In this document: positions 7,429-11,225 of the stretch, piece by piece
How positions within the stretch are numbered: position 1 is the first letter of the stretch
Layout of the letters: each line of letters starts with the position of its first letter
Assembly: GCA_031414955.1 (NCBI GenBank)
Contig: JANOQV010000151.1
Span: forward strand, 1 to 11,225
Reading direction: 5' to 3'
Length of the DNA: 11,225 nucleotides
Source of the DNA: Pedosphaera sp.
Lineage (GTDB): Bacteria > Verrucomicrobiota > Verrucomicrobiia > Limisphaerales > SIBH01
Translations under genes and position numbers: made by a program
Notes under the pieces: generated by a model
Databases searched by the model: none
What the model was told of the DNA's origin: nothing
Seen by the model: the letters and a program-made list of their open reading frames with translations, nothing else

Positions 7429-7646
7429 TTGCCCTCGAAGCCGCGCAGCACGTCTTCGGGCAAAGGCGCGTTGAAGTCATCCGGCACGGTGAACTCGCCC
7501 TTGGCCAGACCCAGCGGACGCGGCCCGGCGGAGACTGACGGGTGCAGAATCGTCAAAAGGCCCGATCCTTTCTCCGGCAACATCTGCGGTTCCTTCGGCA
7601 CGATGCGCCCGTGCTCAATCTCGACTTCGAGCGTGGTGTAGCTCAT
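7425..7646 (-). CDS. Cognate antitoxin (73 aa) with a DUF2281-like acidic C-terminal tail
   Basis: RPLGLAKGEFTVPDDFNAPLPEDVL..FEG tail typical of VapC partners; ATGA overlap with the toxin; start MSYTTLEVEIEHG. Confidence 0.85.
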   Translation of the reverse strand: MSYTTLEVEIEHGRIVPKEPQMLPEKGSGLLTILHPSVSAGPRPLGLAKGEFTVPDDFNAPLPEDVLRGFEGK

Positions 7647-7716
7647 GGCGGCAACGTAGCGGCGCACGAGCGGCCAAACAAGCCTTGTTCCAGCGGCATT
7701 GCTTTTGGAGCGGCGG

Positions 7717-7925
7717 CTACGACTCAATCAGCGTCCGGTAAAATCTTCGCGTCCGGTTCGTGCTCGTGAAATCAATCACCTCCTGCCGCGCCGCCGACAG
7801 CATGTCGTTCGTCAAAATGCTTGTGCCAAAAATCGCCTGCACTTGCAGCGAGCGTTTGACCGTCAATCCGAGCGGATTGCTGGAGCCGGACGTATCGCCT
7901 TTCCACCGTAAAAATTCTCCCGCTT
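7717..7925 (-). pseudogene. Orphan C-terminal fragment of a probable secreted protein ending in an RFYR motif
   Basis: Frame reads ...AGEFLRWKGD...LTVKRS...ILTN...VIDFTSTNRTRRFYRTLIES* with no credible start of its own. Resembles, from memory, the C-termini of verrucomicrobial extracellular proteins. Confidence 0.4.
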
Positions 7926-8075
7926 GGCGCGCTCGCCAAACTCGCGGACTTCTTCGAGGGTGAGATACAAACGTCCGCCGATGTTCAGGGGCTTCAGCCA
8001 TCCGACCTTGACCCATCGGCAACCAGAAACCCGGCTGCGCCCGTTGTCCTTCAGCCATTGAGAAAGCAGGATCAT
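7863..8075 (-). CDS. Small excisionase/MerR-like HTH protein, possibly frameshifted or truncated near 7923
   Basis: MILLSQWLKDNGRSRVSGCRWVKVGWLKPLNIGGRLYLTLEEVREF fits a winged-HTH Xis pattern; purine-rich RBS AAGGAAAGG upstream. Confidence 0.6.
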   Translation of the reverse strand: MILLSQWLKDNGRSRVSGCRWVKVGWLKPLNIGGRLYLTLEEVREFGERAKRENFYGGKAIRPAPAIRSD

Positions 8076-8114
8076 GCCCGCCCTTTCCTTTGCGTGTCGT
8101 TTGATTAGAATTTG

Positions 8115-8133
8115 TTTCATTCGTTGAATGAAA
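8115..8133. promoter_or_regulatory. Putative operator between the divergent HTH genes
   Basis: Perfect inverted repeat TTTCATTC-GTT-GAATGAAA. Confidence 0.45.
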
Positions 8134-8174
8134 AAAGTCTGAAAAGCGGCCCATGTCCCCTTTGCAGTAACCGA

Positions 8175-9095
8175 ATGAAACAATGGCTCCAAAACGCGGA
8201 AGCAGCCGAAGCACTCGCGGTTGACGTGAGAACGATCAAACGCTGGATGCAGTCTGCCGCCACACAAGCGGCGCTTTTGGCTGTTCAGCACGGGAAGCAG
8301 TGGCGCATTCCACGCCCCGACAATTTGGACGTGTGGGAATTTGAAACGCGCGCACGCCTAAAAAACCTCGGCCTGACGGTGAAAGAGGCTTGGGAACGAA
8401 GGCTCGAACGAATTGGAAAGCAGTGCGGTCGATACCACCTTGAATCCTGTCGGCTTTGGCTTGCCGCCTCGGCGAAGGCCGCTGAACAAGAAGACATCAG
8501 TCAGGATGCAAGAGACCAAATCCTTACGCTATGGCGAGCGGCCAACGAAATTCTTGATCCTCTGCCGCGTCACAAGATGGAAGTGGACAAGCTGCGGGAG
8601 GATTTTCTCGCCGCGCTTAAATCTCGCGGGCTGCAGACTCAAGAGATCGATGCGGTGATGTCCCGCTGGCCAGAACAAAGGCATTTCGAGCGAGTCCGTG
8701 CTGCTCACACTCTGGATGCGCTCGAAACCATTCGCCGCGCCTTGGATTACACCCAAGCCGTCTGTGAGTTGAAGCAAGCCGGAGCAAAACCAACGGAGCA
8801 AAACCTGCGCGTATTGCTGCATTCGGACATCACGGCGCACATCAACAACACGCGGCAAGAGCTACTGCCTTGCGTAATCGACTTTCGCCAGCCACAAGAC
8901 GGACTCAAGCGGCACACAGCCCGAAAACGTCATCCGAAGAACGGCGCAACTCAGAAAGAAATTGTGGCGGCAGTGTATGGAATTCGGGACAGCCTGCCCG
9001 GTGTGGACGACAAGCCCAGCGGCAAGATGACGCCGAAGCGTGGCTCGCAAGCGGATATGAAAGGTTCAAAAGCACCGCAACGCCGCCGCTTGTAA
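8175..9095 (+). CDS. Hypothetical protein (306 aa) with an N-terminal excisionase-type HTH and an unknown, probably helical, remainder
   Basis: WLQNAEAAEALAVDVRTIKRW...GKQWRIP matches the HTH_17-like pattern; basic C-terminal tail. Confidence 0.65.
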   Translation: MKQWLQNAEAAEALAVDVRTIKRWMQSAATQAALLAVQHGKQWRIPRPDNLDVWEFETRARLKNLGLTVKEAWERRLERIGKQCGRYHLESCRLWLAASAKAAEQEDISQDARDQILTLWRAANEILDPLPRHKMEVDKLREDFLAALKSRGLQTQEIDAVMSRWPEQRHFERVRAAHTLDALETIRRALDYTQAVCELKQAGAKPTEQNLRVLLHSDITAHINNTRQELLPCVIDFRQPQDGLKRHTARKRHPKNGATQKEIVAAVYGIRDSLPGVDDKPSGKMTPKRGSQADMKGSKAPQRRRL

Positions 9096-9204
9096 ATCGC
9101 ATGGCTGTACATCGCCCACGCTGCCGCTGGGGCCAGTCAAACCATGTCAATAAAGCCGTGGCAATTGCTCAAGGCTTCTGCCAGTTTCCGAAGCGCCGAC
9201 CGTT

Positions 9205-10767
9205 ATGCAATTGAAGCATTTCATCATCGCTGGAGCCGTTGCACTTTGGGCGTCATTGCACGCCGCCGAAACGAATTCCATCACCACCCGCGACGGCAAG
9301 ACCTACACAAATGCCGTAATTCAACGCGCCGATCCGAACGGCATCGTGATTGAATACGCACCGACTCCGGGCAGTGTGGGGATTGCGAAGCTCAAGTTTG
9401 CCAATCTGCCGCCAGAGATTCAGAAGCGTTACAATTACAATCCGACAAACGCGCAGATTTTTGAAGAGAACCAATTGAGCGACAGCATTCGCGTTCCCGT
9501 AGAGTCGTATCGCAAGGCTGCGCAACAAGGGAATGCCGAGGCAGCTTACCTTTTGGGGATAGCCTACGGAATCGGGGAAGGTGTAGAGAAAGATGAACGA
9601 GAGTCTGCGCGATGGATACTGGCCGCCGCTAAAAAAGGCGTAGCAAAGGCTCAGTTCCTCATGGGTGTGTTCTGCCGGAATGGGACAACGGGCGTGCCCC
9701 GCAACTTCATTGAAGCGGCGGACTGGTTTCATAAGTCCGCTGAGCAAGGCGTCGCAGATGCTCAACTGGAACTGGGCAGGTTGTATGCCGAGGGACGCGG
9801 TGTCGCGCTGGATGAATCGAAAGCGGCGGGAATGTTTGCCAGGGCTGCCAACCAAGGCAATGCAACGGCGCAGATGTTGCTAGGATTGAGCTACTGGTTT
9901 GGCAAAGGAGTGCCCCAAGATTTTGCGGAGGCGTATAAATGGCTGACACTGGCAGCTAATCAAGGCGCTTCGGGTGCGCGCAGCAACCGCGACGGAATGG
10001 TGCTCGCGGAACGTGTGAGTTCACAAATGGTGGCTTTTGGGGAGAGCCTGGCCGCTTCTTTTGTTGCGCAACTTGAAGCGCCGACGAAGTCGGAAGGTTT
10101 TAGTGCAAGAGCAAATGCGTACCTCAACGCCGATGATCCGATAGCGTCAGGCACGGGGTTCTTCGTCAGCGACGACGGCTATCTGCTCAGCAATTTCCAC
10201 GTCGTAAGAGGTGCTTCCAAAGTGAAGGTCAAAACCAGCGCCGGATTGCTGCCTGCCACGGTGATCAAGACCGATCCGGCGAGTGACATTGCCCTGCTTA
10301 AAGTTTCGGGTTCGTTTCGCTCGTTGCCAGTGGTGTCGAGCCGAGACGTAAAACTTGGCGACTCCGTTTTCACAGTCGGCTTCCCAAACATCGAGTTGCA
10401 GGGGCTTGCGCCCAAGCTGACAAAGGGCGAACTGAGCAGCTTGTCCGGGGCACAAGACGATCCACGCCAGTTTCAAATCAGTGTCGCCGTGCAGCCGGGT
10501 AATTCGGGTGGGCCATTGGTCAATACCTTGGGCAACGTGATCGGCATCGTAACGGCCCGCCTCTCTGACACCGCCGCTTTCGAGAGCAGCGGCGCACTGC
10601 CGCAGAACGTTAATTACGCGGTGAAAAGTTCGTACGCGTTGTCTCTGCTGGAATCCGTACCAGGATTGGCAGGCAAGTTGAAGGCACCGCATCCGGCTAA
10701 AGAACGGAAGTTTGAGGATGCAGTTCAGGAAGCACACGCTGCGGCTGCCCTCGTGTTGGTCTATTGA
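9205..10767 (+). CDS. Secreted Sel1-repeat trypsin-like (S1) serine protease
   Basis: Signal peptide; N-terminal ITTRDGKTY...LKFANLPPEIQKRY domain; four Sel1 repeats; triad motifs SNFHVV, DIALL and GNSGGP. Confidence 0.92.
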   Translation: MQLKHFIIAGAVALWASLHAAETNSITTRDGKTYTNAVIQRADPNGIVIEYAPTPGSVGIAKLKFANLPPEIQKRYNYNPTNAQIFEENQLSDSIRVPVESYRKAAQQGNAEAAYLLGIAYGIGEGVEKDERESARWILAAAKKGVAKAQFLMGVFCRNGTTGVPRNFIEAADWFHKSAEQGVADAQLELGRLYAEGRGVALDESKAAGMFARAANQGNATAQMLLGLSYWFGKGVPQDFAEAYKWLTLAANQGASGARSNRDGMVLAERVSSQMVAFGESLAASFVAQLEAPTKSEGFSARANAYLNADDPIASGTGFFVSDDGYLLSNFHVVRGASKVKVKTSAGLLPATVIKTDPASDIALLKVSGSFRSLPVVSSRDVKLGDSVFTVGFPNIELQGLAPKLTKGELSSLSGAQDDPRQFQISVAVQPGNSGGPLVNTLGNVIGIVTARLSDTAAFESSGALPQNVNYAVKSSYALSLLESVPGLAGKLKAPHPAKERKFEDAVQEAHAAAALVLVY

Positions 10768-10814
10768 GCACCACTCACAACTGGACGATTACAGATCGGG
10801 GAATCTTCTGAACG

Positions 10815-10937
10815 GGAGCGGTTCTTGCATCGCCACTCCCCTGCCTGGCCTTTGGGTTTGGCCCCAAACCGGAAGACCTCGAACGTGAGGCGGACGCGTC
10901 CGTCCCTGTTCCCCGGGGGGTAGCACAGGCTACCAGC
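10815..10937. repeat. Cluster of palindromic/REP-like elements
   Basis: GGGAGCGG...CCACTCCC; GGTTTGG-CC-CCAAACC; CGGACGCGTCCG; GGTAGC-ACAG-GCTACC (GTAG head). Confidence 0.55.
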
Positions 10938-11225
10938 CAATAGTGTTCGGCATGGCGGTGGCCGACCGGGGCGGCGGGGTGGTCTTTGGGGAAGGCGAGT
11001 TGGGTCGCGGCGGGGGGATCGAAGGAAGCCGCCGCGCGGCGGGCGGCTTCCGGGCAAGCGCGGCCCGTCCGGGGTTCCTGACTTCAGGCCACCACCAGAC
11101 TCCGCTCAGGATTTTTTCGCGCCCGCCTTCAGCGCCGCCGCCGTGGCCGCCGCCAGTTCTTCGGCCGTGGCCCAGCCCAGCAGGTAAAAGCGCAGCCGCT
11201 CCATCAGCCGTTTATTCGGCCGCCG
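10938..11225 (-). mobile_element. 3' end of a probable IS4-family insertion sequence (partial)
   Basis: Candidate terminal inverted repeat CAATAGTGTTCGGCAT at 10938-10953; sharp shift to very high GC; transposase-like C-terminus pointing toward it; internal 10-bp stem at 11024-11051. The other end is outside the window. Confidence 0.6.
11106..11225 (-). CDS. C-terminal 39 aa of a probable IS4-family transposase (partial)
   Basis: RRPNKRLMERLRFYLLGWATAEELAAATAAALKAGAKKS*, which resembles from memory the PNKR..E...FY..GWA..EEL tail of PVC-superphylum IS4 transposases. Confidence 0.6.
   Translation of the reverse strand, partial: RRPNKRLMERLRFYLLGWATAEELAAATAAALKAGAKKS

Noticed and set aside
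3428..7646. NYN nuclease plus vapBC as a defence island
   Set aside because: They are separated by housekeeping ilv genes, and YacP-like genes are usually core.
7701..7718. TTTTGGAGCGGCGGCT as a second GGAG-type REP
   Set aside because: Similarity is limited to the head and no convincing hairpin follows.
7926..8214. Upstream part of the 165-aa ORF 7717..8214 as a real gene
   Set aside because: It overlaps the Xis-like gene and the start of the divergent gene; only the 3' part looks protein-like.
7690..10937. Complete prophage or ICE with att sites or a tRNA target
   Set aside because: I found no integrase, structural genes, tRNA or flanking direct repeats by eye.
10761..11057. 98-aa minus-strand ORF
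   Set aside because: Pro/Arg-rich reading across palindromes and the candidate IS end; unlikely to be coding.

Overview
GC-rich bacterial chromosomal window. It is probably Verrucomicrobiota (Pedosphaerales/Limisphaerales-like), inferred from protein motifs and repeat types. Left to right: (1) a minus-strand TroA/TroB-type Mn/Zn/Fe ABC uptake operon with a DtxR/MntR-like operator and an outer-membrane beta-barrel gene between the binding protein and the ATPase; (2) a DUF971 gene, then a YacP/Rae1-like NYN nuclease coupled to a membrane-anchored vWA-like protein; (3) an ilvN-ilvC operon without ilvB, preceded by a Val-rich leader peptide and a complete transcription-attenuator architecture absent from the ORF track; (4) a vapBC-type toxin-antitoxin pair; (5) a more AT-rich accessory segment with a gene remnant, an excisionase-like HTH gene divergent from an HTH-fused unknown protein, and a secreted Sel1-repeat trypsin-like protease; (6) a palindrome/REP-like cluster apparently interrupted by the end of an IS4-like element. 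Several genes have a TAnnnT hexamer 6-9 nt before the start codon, suggesting leaderless transcription. All family calls come from motif recognition by eye; no searches were run.
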